This document shows positions 1 to 15,373 of a stretch of DNA of 64,000 bases, in pieces. The notes under the pieces were generated by a model, which was not told where the DNA came from, made no database searches, and saw only the letters and a list, made by a program, of their open reading frames with translations. Made by a program: the position numbers and the translations under genes. The stretch's first letter is position 1, and every line of letters starts with the position of its first letter. Source of the stretch: Dictyostelium discoideum (lineage: Eukaryota); assembly GCA_000004695.1 (NCBI GenBank), contig CM000150.2, positions 928,001 to 992,000 of the forward strand, written 5' to 3'.

Positions 1-105
1 AAATAAAAAATATTTCAAAAGAAAAAAAAAACTTATCATCAAACGAACACTCAGATAATGAAAAAGATGTAAATAGAAATAAAATAATTCAAACTCAATT
101 ATTAG

Positions 106-155
<50 letters not shown>

Positions 156-171
156 AAAAATAATAATAATG

Positions 172-255
<84 letters not shown>

Positions 256-439
256 GTGACGATGGTGAAAATGATAACAGCAAAAATATTATAAATGATA
301 CCAATAAAAATATAAATGGCAATTCCAATGTTACGACATCAAATACAAATACCACAATAAAAGCGTTGTTTCCCTCAAAACCCACTAATTTATCAAAACC
401 TTCTTCATCTTCTTCATCTTCTTCATCTTCTTCATCTTC

Positions 440-479
<40 letters not shown>

Positions 480-546
480 ACATCATCCTCATCACCATCA
501 TCATCAACATCAACATCATCTTCATCACCATCATCATCAACATCAA

Positions 547-625
<79 letters not shown>

Positions 626-1405
626 TTCTTCTTTACCATCCAAATCAACATCATCACCATCTCTAATACCATCATTATTAGTAAGGATACCTACAAATAT
701 TCCTTCGTTATCTCGAATACCAGCAACTACAAACATTCCAAAAACCAATGTTCATACTGGTGGCATATCAAAGAAAAGAGAACTTGGTCTTGCAAAAGAT
801 TTTGAAAAGTTTATTTTAAATCAATATAATTTCTTTAGTGTTTTAAATCAATTAGGTGATTTAGAAGAATTAGGTTATAAACTGTCAAAAGAGTATTTGT
901 TATTATTGTTCATTATCATTATTATTATTATAACTCAAAAAAAAAAAGAGAAAATTATTACCACTATGCTATCCATCAATAATTTTCTCTTTTTTTTTAA
1001 AAAAAAAAAAAAATATATCCTAATTATATTTCTAATTACAAAATAAAAATAAAAAAAAATAGATACGTCAGGTTTATGTTGTTAAAGATGTTAGTTTCAA
1101 ATGAGGAAGGTAAAGATGAAGGAGGAATAAAATTAAAAGCTCCAGAAAAGATCCAGAAATTTTGGTTTCTTCATTACCATCAAAAAGAAAAGTATATAGA
1201 ATTTTGCCGCTTATTAATCATGAACAAACACAACTATCAGGTTTTTGAAGATTGTAAATTGAAAAGTATTATATTTTTTGAAACTCCAACAGATGACCAA
1301 AACAATAATAATATTGGTTACGAGAAAACCTACAAATTATATTTGGATATATTTGGTGGGTTTGGTTATAATGGTATTTGGGATCTTCCTATCGAATGTA
1401 AATAA
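1..1405 (+). CDS. 3' part of a gene for a low-complexity (poly-Asn, poly-Ser) protein. The 5' end lies outside the window. Probable exons are 3..892 and 1063..1405.
   Basis: The reading frame starting at position 3 is open from the window edge. It runs through (AAT)n poly-N (107-253) and (TCA/TCT)n poly-S (400-640). A GTATTT donor after codon GA at 892 and an AG acceptor at 1061-62 join in frame to ORF 1076..1405. That ORF encodes a non-repetitive globular-looking C-terminus (KIQKFWFLHYHQKEKYIEFCRLL...). The unspliced alternative ends in hydrophobic junk. Confidence 0.45.
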
Positions 1406-1709
1406 ATAAAAATAAAATAAAATAAAATTAAATATATGAACCAAAGTAAGAACAAACTTGTTCAAACTCATTTCAAATAAATAATAAAAAAAAAAAAAAT
1501 AATAAAAAGGTACACTATTAATAAATATTTAAAGAAATTGTTTGTTTTTTTTTTATTTAATATATGTATAAAGTTTAGCAACATTTTGGAAAAAATTTAT
1601 TTCTTTTTTTATTTATTTTTTATAATTATTAAATTATTAAATTATTAATTATATGTAGATAAAAAGAAAGAATGGATAGTTAACTATGATTATTATTATT
1701 ATTATTATA

Positions 1710-1796
<87 letters not shown>

Positions 1797-1879
1797 TTAT
1801 TGATTGTTGGTTGGTTGGTTGGTTGTAGTGGTATTTTATTATTATTATTATATTATTTATTTATTTATTTATTTTATTA

Positions 1880-4116
1880 TTATTTTTTAGCTAAATATTT
1901 ACTTAAAAGTAAACCAACACCTGCAACACCTGCAGCAATAACAAGATAAGTCAAAATATTACTATTGTTTGAACCATTTGAACCATTAGAATTATCATTG
2001 AAGGAGCTGTTTACAATTGTTTCCATCATCTCGTGATAAATGGAATTAGATCTTGAAATTGAAAAATCCTTTGGTGAATAATTTTTATGAGATTTAAAGA
2101 ATGAATCAATAATTTTTGATGTTGATACATTTGCATTTGTAGTTGTCGTATTGTTATTATTATTATTATTATTATTATTAATATTATTATTATTATTATT
2201 TAAATTATTATTATTATTGTTATTATTATTGTTATTATTGTTGTTGTTATTATTATTATTATTTTTAGTTCTTATGAATACGATTGGTATATTTAATTGT
2301 TGTTGTTTTAATTGGTTATATATATTTTCAATGAATTTAAATGATTGTTCACTATTACAATCATATAATAAACATACTAAATCACATTTACTCTTTAATT
2401 CTGCTGTTGGAATTTTTTCACCCACATATTCACTTAACTAAAAATTAATTATGAGAGAGAGAAAAGAGAGAGTGGGTGTTTAAATATTAATAATAATAAT
2501 AATAATTAAATTAAAAATAAAAAAATAAAACTTACAATTAAATATTTATTTTTTAAAAGATGACCACAAACTTTGAAATTATCATTACCATTTGTTGCAT
2601 TATAAAGTGTTGAGAAGGATTTTCCAATAAAAGTATTTAAAAATGTAGTTTTTCCAACTGCTTCAGCACCAAAGACATAACAATTTACAATATTTCTAGT
2701 GAATTGATTTGATTTGATATCCAATTCTCTTGAATTTAAAATGCTAATCATATCAATATTATTATTTTCAGTTTGTGATCCAAAATAAGCTAAATATTCC
2801 AATGTAACTTTATAATTTTCATATGTTTGTAAACTAAATATTGAAATTAACAAAAAAAAAAAAAAACATGAGGGGTTAATAAATAATAATAATAATAATA
2901 ATTTTAATGATAAAAATACATACTTCCATAATGATAAAAAACCAGATAAAGTTAAATTTGAATCTTTATCAGTATTGAAATGTTTTTCAAAACCAATTTC
3001 CCAAGGTATTTTTGGAGTTGTTGAAAAGAGAGAAACCAAATCGAAACTTGAGAGTACACCATCGGAATCGGAATCATACTTTTCAAAGAGTGATTTAAAG
3101 AATTCGTTACCCATTGAACTGAGGATAGTGTTATGATTTGGAGGTACTTGTAAGGTTGGATGAACATATGATTCCAAAAGTACAAGATCATCATCATAAT
3201 TGAATGATCTTAGTGAGGTCCAAGTATGTTGACAAGGACCTCTCAAAAGGAATAACAAGTTCATATAGAGGAAACCTTTCTCAGTGAAACCATTTGAGTT
3301 TACACCATCGGGTATTTTTGATAATACAAATTGTTGAATGTTTTGTATTTCTTCAGAGGTCATAGTTTCATGACCGCATTTAGTTTGAAAATAGTTTATC
3401 TCCTCCTCTGATAAGGAACCATCGTTATCGTGATCACAAAGTTTGAAAATTCTCTTTAATGCACGTTCACATCCTTCAGTCATTTTATTCTCTTCCCTAT
3501 TGTATAGAATACGCTCTGGAAAGAATACTGATGTTTGTGAAGCATATAATAACTCTGGTAAATTTTCCATCGTTTTTGCACTACACTCTAACCATTGAAT
3601 AGTATTTGAATATGTACTTCTAAAATATTGAATCGTCTCTTCAATTTGAACTTTATTATTCTCATGTTTATCATCAACTAAATCTAATTTATTACCAACA
3701 ATAATAATTGGTGATTTCTATATAAAAATAATAATTAAAAATCTTAGTTAATATTTATGTGTGTGTGTGTGTGTGTTTTTATTTTATATAAAGTTATATT
3801 CCAAAAAAAGTAATATATTACATTTGAACCTCTTAATTGATTAATTAATGGTATCCATTTCATACGAATACTCATAAATGTATCGAAACGATCAACAGAG
3901 TAAACTATTACAATTGCATCAGCTGTTCTAATTTCCATATTCATTTGATTCTTTAAATTCTTTCCATCATCAAATGTATCAATGATACGAGTTGAACAAA
4001 TTTCATTATTAAATTCTGCTGGTATTGTTACTTCTGGTAATGTTTTTTGTGTAATCTCACTAAAACTTTCTGAAATGAATGAATTTATAATTGTTGATTT
4101 CCCAACTTGTTCTAAT

Positions 4117-4154
<38 letters not shown>

Positions 4155-4237
4155 ATTAGTTTTTTTTAACTAAATATTATAATTTTAAATTTATATTTAC
4201 CATCACCAATTAAAATAACCTTTATGTTATTTTTCAT
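1880..4237 (-). CDS. gemA: Mitochondrial Rho GTPase (Miro), five exons. Minus-strand exons: 4237..4201, 4111..3822, 3717..2924, 2833..2536, 2437..1880.
   Basis: The N-terminus is MKNNIKVILIGD|EQVGKST, a P-loop split by an intron. It continues with KWIPLINQLRGSN and KSPIIIVGNKLDL. Two EF-hand regions follow (DHDNDGSLSEEEINYF and EKYDSDSDGVLS). The second GTPase domain is VFGAEAVGKTTFLNTF. The protein ends in a hydrophobic tail anchor (LTYLVIAAGVAGVGLLLSKYL). It is collinear with human MIRO1. Donors are GTAAAT/GTAATA/GTATGT/GTAAGT and acceptors are ...TAG. Confidence 0.85.
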
Positions 4238-4340
4238 TTTAGATTTTTATTTTCCTTCTTATTTTTTTTTTCTTTTTATAATTGTTTATATTTTTAATTG
4301 TTTATTTTATTTTATTTTTATTTTTTTTATAAAATGAATG

Positions 4341-4371
<31 letters not shown>

Positions 4372-4663
4372 AAGGTGGGAGCGCTTCCAAAAATTAAAAA
4401 TTAAAAAAAATAAAAAAAAAATTAAAATTTCCCGCTCTTTTTTTTTTTAAGTTCAAAATAATTAAATTGTTTTGGTTTTATTTAGATATTTTTATCTTTT
4501 TTTTTACTTTTACTTTTATTTCTATTTTTATTTTTATTTATATTTTTAAAAAATAGAGTGAAAAAAAAAAAAAAAAAAAAAAAAAAAAGAAAAAAAAATA
4601 CATATGCAAAATATATACATATATATATATATATATTTATTAATAAATTAAATTAAAAAATTT

Positions 4664-5581
4664 TTAATTAATTCCAGAGAAATAAAAAATATTTCCATTT
4701 GAATTGATATAATTTGTATTATGATTATTATCAGACATTATCATGAGTATTTTAGTTTTCTCTTTAATTTTGACCAAGTCAGTACAATTTGGGAATAGTA
4801 TAGAGGCACGATTTGAGAGAGCAAATGATTCCTCATATCGTTCCACATAGTTATAGAAACCCAATAGATCAATGATATAATCCAATTTTAACCATCTTTC
4901 ACAATCCAAAGCTTCTAAATACATGGATTCAGCATTTTGATACTCTTTTTTCAATGTAAACAATTGAGCTATCCTTAACTTTGCATTACAATAGTATGGT
5001 GACATTTGAGCGATTGAAAACAGTGACGATAATGAACCTTCAATATCACCCTCACCATTACTCTTTTCATAACGATTCAATAATCCCAAGAATAAATCAT
5101 AATTATTTTGATGATGATGATGATAAAAATACTTATTATTTGGGTTCCTTCTATTAAATTCTGAAATTTCACTCATTAATTGTTCATTACTACTTAATTG
5201 TATTTTTTGATCATTATTATTATTATTATTATTATTATTACTGTTACTATTACTATTACTATTACCACCACTATTTTTATATGGTGAATTTTGACTATAT
5301 TGATAATTATATTGTTGTTGTTGTTGTTGTTGTTGTTGGTATTGCTGTTGCTGTTGTTGTTGATGTTGTTGTTGTTGGTAGTGTTGCTGTTGTTGATAAT
5401 GCTGTTGTTGTTGATAATGATGATGATATCCATGTGGATAACCTTGATAACCATATTGACTATTATATTTCGATTGAACTTTTTGTTGACCAAAGTCTGA
5501 TACCAATATCATCATAAAAAAAAATATTATTACAAGGTTAAATAATAATTTCCACCAACTAAAGTATCTATTATTATTTAA

Positions 5582-5612
<31 letters not shown>

Positions 5613-5815
5613 CCGTTGCTTCCTCCATTACTATTATTGTTATTATTATTTATATTATCGATATCATTTTTTTCGTTACTATTGTCATTATTACTATAAT
5701 TGTTATTACTACCATTATTATTATTGCCATTGCTATTAATAATTGTATCACTATTATCACAAGTGCTAATACTTTTAAGTTTATTTTCATTGTTTATGTT
5801 ACCAAAACTATTAAA

Positions 5816-5899
<84 letters not shown>

Positions 5900-6071
5900 T
5901 ATATTGTTACACTGTCGGTTATTATAATTGTAATAGCTATTATTATTACTGCTACTATTAATATTACTATTATTATTATTATTATTATTATTACTATTAT
6001 TATCATCATCATTATTTACATTTTTACAATTAACATCACTATTTTCATTATTAATTATTTTCTTATTATTA

Positions 6072-6111
<40 letters not shown>

Positions 6112-6514
6112 ATTCAATATTTTCACTTTCACTAATATTAACTCTATTTATTTTATTATAATTTTCTTTTAAATTATATTCACCACAAATTAAATTAGTT
6201 TCTCTATGAATTGTTTCGATTCTTTTAAGAATATCAATACCAGTATTACTACTTCTATTATCATCTAAAGTTTTTATCTTTTTATATAATTGTCTATTAA
6301 ATACTGTATGCTCTTTTTTAATTAATTGTTGTTCTTCATAATTTTCTTTTTTTAGTTGTTCTGTTTGTAGTTCGCCATTTAAGGTTTTATCATTATTATT
6401 ATCATCATTACAATTATTATTTTTATTACTATTGATATCAATTAAAGGAACTATATTTTCATTAGAAATATTTTGTTCTTGCATTTCAATTTTATCTAAA
6501 TTTGTATTATTATA

Positions 6515-6550
<36 letters not shown>

Positions 6551-6661
6551 TATGATAGTTTGTTCCTCTTGATAAAATTGATTATTTTGATTTTCAGTAT
6601 TAATTTCTATATCGTCTCCATTTTGATTATTGGTATTATTAAGGTATTCATCGTTGTTCAT
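4664..6661 (-). CDS. Hypothetical Asn/Gln/His-rich protein with one predicted transmembrane segment and a TPR-like C-terminal region.
   Basis: A 665-aa ORF with poly-N, a QQQQHY repeat block, a hydrophobic stretch (WWKLLFNLVIIFFFMMILV), and a C-terminal region with TPR-like helices (YYCNAKLRIAQLFTLKKEYQNAESMYLEALD). No family could be assigned from memory. Additional upstream exons cannot be excluded. Confidence 0.5.
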
Positions 6662-6666
6662 TATAT

Positions 6667-6830
<164 letters not shown>

Positions 6831-8051
6831 TGTTTTTGTTTTTGTTTTTTTAAAAAAATTTATATTTTTACTATAATATATATATATTTTAATTTAAGAA
6901 ACAATATTATTATCTTTTTTTTAAAAAAAATTCGAATTTACCATCCGGACCGTTAATTTATTTAAAATGTAATCACTTTTGTGTTGAAAAAATTATATGG
7001 ACCTATAATATAGTGTGTATACTATAATTGGGGAAAAATGGACTTGATTTTTTTTTTATTTATTTATTTTTTATTTTTTTATTTTTTATTTTTTTCAAAT
7101 TTTTTTTTTTTTATTTTTTTATTTTTTTTTTTTATGGGTTTACTTATTTTGTTTAATTTTTTATTTTATTTTTATTTTTAATTTTAAAAAATATTAGCCA
7201 GAAAAGAGATATACATATATAAATAAATAAATAAATAAATATATAAATATAAATATATATATAAATATTTATTAATACACTTTTTTTTTTTTTTTTTTTT
7301 TTTTTTGATTTTTTAAATTTTTAATTTTTTAATTTTTTTGGTTTATTTATTTTTTTTTTTTTTAATTTTTTATTTTTATTTATATTTATATTTTTATTTT
7401 GTATCTAATAAGAGTGTGGTTTGAGGAAAGTGTGGTTTTTTTTAAAAAAAAAAAAAAAATAGTAATATTATTATTATAAACAACAGCAACAATAAAAAAA
7501 TAAAATCATTAATTAACCTAAAACGGTAATAATAACGATATAAAATTAATCAATTAGCATATACATACATATATTTATATTATATTGTTTTTGTAAGTAT
7601 TTAAAAGTATAAATTTCATCCACATTTTTTTTTTTTTAATAACGATTACAATAATAACAATAACTGATAGAATTCCACCAATTGTTAATGTTTTGATATT
7701 TAAATGATATTTAAATGATATTTAAATGGTGATGATGATGGTGATGATAACGATGATAAAATAATAATTTTAATAATATTAATATTAATATTAATAATTA
7801 AATTAAAAATTATTTGATATAATAAATTGTATAATTGTATAATTACCTAAAATTAAATAATGATTAAAAAAAAAAAAAAAAAGTTAGAAAGCATTTATAA
7901 TTTTTTTTTTTTAAAATAGTAAATTAAAAAAAAAATTGAAAAAAAATAAAAAAGGAGATAATCCAAAAAAAAAAAAAGTATTAAGTACAAATATAGAGAA
8001 AAAAAAAAAAAAAAAAAAAAAAAGAAAAGAAAAGTAACCAACCTTTAAAAT

Positions 8052-9107
8052 ATGTCAGTTTCAGAACCAAATATTAGTGGAAAAGTTATTTTAAAAACTA
8101 CATTGGGTGATATTGAGATTGAATTGTGGGGTAAGGAAACACCTTTGACAACTAGGAATTTTGTGCAGTTATGTTTGGAGGGGTATTACGACGGTTGCAT
8201 TTTCCATAGAGTGATTAAAGATTTTATTGCACAAACTGGTGATCCAACAAACACAGGAACCGGTGGCGAATCAGTCTATAAGGAGACCGAGATCCAAGAC
8301 AACGAAGGTGAGTTAATAAAAAGCACTGCATTTAAAGATGAATTCCACTCAAGATTAAGATTCAATAGACGTGGTATGGTTGGAATGGCATCTTCATCAC
8401 CGGATCAAAATAAATCGCAATTCTTTTTCACGTTGGCTAAAACTGAAAATCTCACTAAAAAACACACTGTCTTTGGTAGAGTGGCCGGTGATACCTTATT
8501 CAATCTTTTAAAAGTTAATGATTTAGAAGTTGATTCTGAAACAGACTTACCTCTATTCCCACCTAAAATCATTTCAACCAATGTTGTCTGGAATCCATTC
8601 CCTGATATAATTCCAAGAGTTAAAACTATTATTAAAAAAAAAGTTGAAAAAAAGAAACAAACTAAAAAGTAAATATTATTTATTATTATTATTATTTTTT
8701 ATATTTATTTCAAAAGAAATTTTATTACTATTTTTATTATTTTTATTATTTTTCTATTAATTAAAAAAAAAAAAAAAATTTAAAAAAAAAAATATGGAAA
8801 TTTATATGTTTTCCTTTATTTTATTTTTTTTATTTTATTTACTTTTTTTTTTTTTTATTTTTTTTTTTAATAGTAAAATTGGGAAAATAAGAATAATTTG
8901 GATACATATAAATAGTAATATAACCCAATTTTTTTTTAAAAAAAAAAGACAATTGTATACTAATAGGATATTTTTTTTTTTTTTTTTTTTTTTTACATTT
9001 TTTATTTATTTATTTTTATTTTTTTCTAGAAATTTAAATTTATTATCTTTTGGTGATGAAAAAAATGAAGGGGAATTTGATAATTCAAAAATTATCCTTA
9101 ATAATAT

Positions 9108-9167
<60 letters not shown>

Positions 9168-9588
9168 TAATATAAAATTAAATAATATATCAAAAGAAAT
9201 AAAAAATAGTGGTGGTGATAGTGGTGATAGTGGCGATAGTGGTGGTTATAATTCAGACGATGGTGGTGACAATAATAAAAAACAATTAAAAAACAACCCA
9301 GAAATTATGACAGAGGCTGTAATCGAAAAGAATAAAAAAGAAGATGTTGATGAATTAAAGAATCTAAAAAATGAAATAGATTCATCGACTCTATCTAAAT
9401 TAAATACTACAACATCTACAACATCTACAACTACCACAACCATAACTACAACACCACCAACAGAACAAGTAAAACAAAGTGTAGATAAAAAGAAAAAAAT
9501 TAAGGGATCCCTACAATTTAAAACTACAACAACACCAACAGTCCCCAAAAAATCAAGATCTATCTCGGAAACTGATGTATGTACATTT

Positions 9589-9687
<99 letters not shown>

Positions 9688-9715
9688 AATAAAAATAATA
9701 AAAATAATAATAATG

Positions 9716-9751
<36 letters not shown>

Positions 9752-10060
9752 TAATTATAAAAGATAATGAGTTATTAATTAATAATTTATTTTTTTGATT
9801 TAATTTTCTAATCATTTTTTATTTTTTTTTTTTTTTTTTTTATTTTTTTTTTTATTTTTTTTATTTTCCCTATCTTTTTTTCATTTTATTTTATTAAATT
9901 TTAGCTTTTAAATAAATTAAATTCTTTTAAAAATAGTTTAAATAGTAAACCAAGTAATATAAAAAGAAGTGTAGAAGAGAAAGAAGAGGATGAGGAGGAT
10001 AATGATTGGATGCGTCATTCTTTAAAATTTTCAAAAAAATCTAAATTAGAATACGAGTAA
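8052..10060 (+). CDS. cwc27: Spliceosome-associated cyclophilin-type PPIase-like protein CWC27 homologue. Exons are 8052..8668, 9030..9576 and 9905..10060.
   Basis: Exon 1 is GKVILKTTLGDIEIELWGKETP...FHRVIKDFIAQTGDPT..GGESVY...FKDEFHSRLRFNRRGMVGMA..QFFFTL...KHTVFGRV. It is collinear with human CWC27 across the PPIase domain. Exon 2 begins KNLNLLSFGDEKNEGE, matching human KNFSLLSFGEEAEEE. Exon 3 ends DNDWMRHSLKFSKKSKLEYE, matching human EGWMSHVLQFEDKS. Splice sites are GTAAAT..CTAG and GTATGT..TTTTAG. Confidence 0.85.
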
Positions 10061-11088
10061 TAAATATATCAAATTTGGGTTAATAATTAATTTACCAATT
10101 TATCCCCTTTTTTAGTTTTTTCGTTTGTTTTTTTTTTTTTTTTTAAATAATTTTTAAATTAATCTTTATTTATTTGATATTTTTGACAAATCTTCTACAC
10201 GAATTAAAAAAAATTAATACAAAATAAGATATGAGTGTAATTTAACCTAAATAAATAAAAATTATAATTATATTAAAAAAATTAATTGTTTAATATAAAT
10301 GAATTCATTTAATTAATAAAAAACAACTATTTTTGACCAAATTTGTAATAAAAAAATATAAAATTATAAATAGTTTGATTTATTAGAATTAATTTATGGA
10401 TTTTCAGACATTTAATAATATATTGTAATTTTGTAAGTTTTTTTTTTAAAACTTTATTTTTTTATTAACATTTTTTTTATTTTTTTTTTTTTATTTTTTT
10501 TTTTTTTTATTTTTTTTTTTTTTGTTTTTTTGGGTACTTTAATGATGGACATACCTTAAAAATGAAAAAAAATAGTTTTCAAAGTTTTTTTTAATATCGT
10601 TTATGGTTGGTGATGGGAAAATATCTTATAAATTTTCATTAAAACTGTTTTTTTTTTTTATTTTTTTTTTTTTTTTTTTTTTTAAAAATAGTCCACAGCC
10701 ATCTTTATTATAAAATCTGTTTTTATTCTAACCAAAATATCGAAAATGAATTTGCATAATTAACCATTTTTTAGATATTTTTTTTTTTTTTTAATCAAAA
10801 AAATTTTTTAACTTAATTTTCTTTGTTTTTTTTAATTTTTTTATTTTTAACTATTTTTTTATTATATTTTTTTTTTTTAACTACATAATCAAATGATTAT
10901 CAGAAATTAAAAAACCAGTCAAAAAAATATATATTTTTTAAAAAATAAAATCGATCCATCACATAATTAAAAATTTAAAATCGATCAAAAAATAAAAAAA
11001 AAAAAAATTAAAAATAAAAAATAAAAATTTCAAATCAAAAGAAAAAAAAAAGAAAAAAAAAAAACAAATAATAAAAAAAAAAAAGAAA

Positions 11089-12508
<1,420 letters not shown>

Positions 12509-12637
12509 TTTGGTTTTTTTTTTTTTTATTAAAATCTATTTTTTATATAAAATTTATTCCTTACTTGTTGTTCTTCAAAATAACAAAAAATCCAAAAATG
12601 GATGATAAATAATTAAATTCCAAAAAGAATTATTTCA

Positions 12638-12668
<31 letters not shown>

Positions 12669-12973
12669 TTTTATACCATTTTATGTATTTTTGAGTGTTT
12701 TATTTTTTTATAATAAATCCATATTAACAATAAACAAAATTAAATAATTGTTTTTTTAAAAAAAAAAAAGGAAATGAAAATTTTCATGAATAAATAAATT
12801 AAAAAAAAAATGAAAATATTTTTTTTTTTTAACTCCCATACCAAAAAAAAAAAAAAAGAAAGTATTTTTTTTTTTTTTTTTTTTTTTTTGAACAAAACAC
12901 CAAATAAATATATAAAAATTATTTAAATTTTTTTTTTAATTTTTTTTAAAGAAAAAAAAAAAACTTCAATTAA

Positions 12974-13724
12974 ATGGATGAACATATTATAAGATTATAT
13001 GATATTAATGGTAAAGAAGCAATTCAAATTAATGGTAGATGGTTAGATGTTTTAGGATATTCAGAATTAGCAACACAAGCAGATTCATTAGGTATACCAC
13101 AAGCATTAACACATTGTCCAAAGATACAGATCTATAATAAAGTTTTATCATTAGTTAAAGAAACAAGGGAAGAAAGTGAAGTACCAGTTGATTTAATACC
13201 ATGTGATTGTTTAATTTGTTTAAAAGGATTACCCAAATCATTTAAATCGGGTGATAGTGGCAGTACAATTCAAATTTGGCAAGAACGTTTAAAGATTATA
13301 ATGTTTGTAGTCTGTCACCAACAAGAAAAACATGGTAAAGAATTGGAGAAAGAATTACAAGACCGTGGTTTTAAAAAGAATTCAAGTATTAAAAAAATAT
13401 TGGGTTCAAAGAAATCCTATATACATATAAACGAGATCACCTATTTCCTTGATACTCATTCCTCCATATTAAAAGTAAATTTAGAAGAATCTTGGAAATC
13501 CGCTTTAGTTAATGGTAAAGATTTCATCTCTGGTTTCGATAAATTTAATATCAAAGGTTATTGGACACTTGCAAATTTAGAGGATCCTTTTTCACCAACT
13601 TATAATTTCGTCTCAAATTCATCTGCAATTTTACCAATTAAAAATAATAATAATAATATTAATAATATAAATAATAGTAATAGTAATAGTGATAATAATA
13701 ATGATAAAAGTAATAATGATAAAA

Positions 13725-13762
<38 letters not shown>

Positions 13763-13984
13763 TATAGTATGGTTGTTTATAATAATAGTAATGATAATAT
13801 TGATAATAATAATAATGATAATAATAATGATAACAATTTAAATTATAATGATCTTAATAATTCACCAACTAAAAAAACATGTGGGGGTATTACAAAGACA
13901 GGGAAACCATGTGCAAAAATTGGATTTTGTAGTTTTCACATGATAAGAAAGTTAGATGGTACTTTTGAAATTCCACCATCAATA

Positions 13985-14078
<94 letters not shown>

Positions 14079-14393
14079 TAAATATTAATTCTGAAAATAA
14101 TAAAAATAATAGCGATGAAGATACTGATACTGATAGTGGTAGTGATGAATATGAAAGTGTTGAAAATGAAAAAAATAGAAAAAGGAAAAGAATTAGTTGG
14201 AATGGTAGTAGTCCTAATAATAATAAAACTCAAAATTATATTTCACAAACAACATTTAAAGTTAGAGAACTCGAAAAAAGAATTTTAGATAATTTTAATT
14301 TTTATAGATTCATTCTTAAATTTGAACAATATGGGTAATTAATTATAATTTATAGATTATTTATTATTTATTATTATATAAATAATTTATTAA

Positions 14394-14438
<45 letters not shown>

Positions 14439-14790
14439 CAATATTAAAAACTTTAGATATCGTTTACCACGTGAATTTGTTAGATTCATTGCATTAAAAG
14501 TAATTTGTGATGAAACTGGTGAAAATCATGAATCAACAATTTTACAACCTCCGAAATTGATTGAAGAATTTTGGATTCAAATCATTTTAACAAGTTTGGA
14601 ATATAATAGATTATTAAAGATTATAAATGTTGAAAAGATAAGATATGATCCAGATCTTTTATTAGACGAACCTCCAATTCAGAGAAAACGATATGAAAAA
14701 ACCCTCCAATTGTATAAAAAGTATTTTAGATTTGATAAATTTGATTCAGAAATTTGGAAAGAAAACTATCTTTTAGAAAGTAATGATTAG
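12974..14790 (+). CDS. Hypothetical protein with an N-terminal globular domain, poly-Asn linkers and a Cys/His cluster. Exons are 12974..14334 and 14457..14790.
   Basis: A long ORF with a non-repetitive N-terminal 230 aa. It has a CGGITKTGKPCAKIGFCSFHM cysteine cluster and an acidic DEDTDTDSGSDEYE patch. A GTAATT donor at 14335 and a TTTAG acceptor at 14455-56 join in frame to the downstream ORF (YRLPREFVRF...IEEFWIQIILTSLEYNRLLKI...). No family was recognised. Confidence 0.55.
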
Positions 14791-15373
14791 TTATTTAATA
14801 ATTTATTAAAAAAAAAAAATAATAATAAAAAATTAAAAAAAAAAAAAAAAGAAACAATTATTTAAACCTTTTTTTTTTTTTTATTTCAAGTTGTAAAAAA
14901 AATAAAAACATTAAAATACATTTAATGAACTTAATCATTAGAATTAATGAATTCAATTGTTTTCATATTTTTTTTTTTTATTATTATCATTTACCCAGAA
15001 TGGGTATTGATTCATTAACAAAGTATCAATATTCAAATGTTCAAGTAATGGTCAAGGTTCAATTGTCTAATATATATTATTGATTTTTCATGCTATTAAA
15101 TTAATTGTTGCATGTTTTATTTCATTAAAATTAAAGTTGTAGATGAATTTAATGAATCAAAAAACAATTGCATAAAGTGTTTATATCATTACTTTTTGTT
15201 TATTCATTGTTATTCCATTAATAAATTAATTTTTGTTGATATATAAAATAAAAAAAACTTTATTTTTTTTTATTTTTTTTTTTAGTTTACATTAAATTTT
15301 CTTACAGTAAAATATTTTTTATTATTATTTTTTTTTTTTTTTTTAATACAATTTAAGAATGAAAATTATTAAT

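Noticed and set aside
95-748. Long antisense or alternative-frame ORFs over trinucleotide repeats. Examples are 95..748 (-), 385..675 (-), 1686..1949, 5194..5517, 5700..5927, 6560..6956, 9588..9815, 25297..25614 and 60542..60797.
   Set aside because: They translate to homopolymers (poly-D/L/I/Y/V/M) and lie opposite or beside genuine coding repeats or intergenic microsatellites. They are artefacts of (AAT)n/(CAA)n/(TCA)n composition.
8309-8338. A 30-nt GTGAGT...AAAG segment inside cwc27 exon 1 that could be read as a mini-intron.
   Set aside because: It is far shorter than Dictyostelium introns. Retaining it keeps the frame and simply gives a lineage-specific insertion (KETEIQDNEGELIKS) before the conserved FKDEFHSRLRF block.
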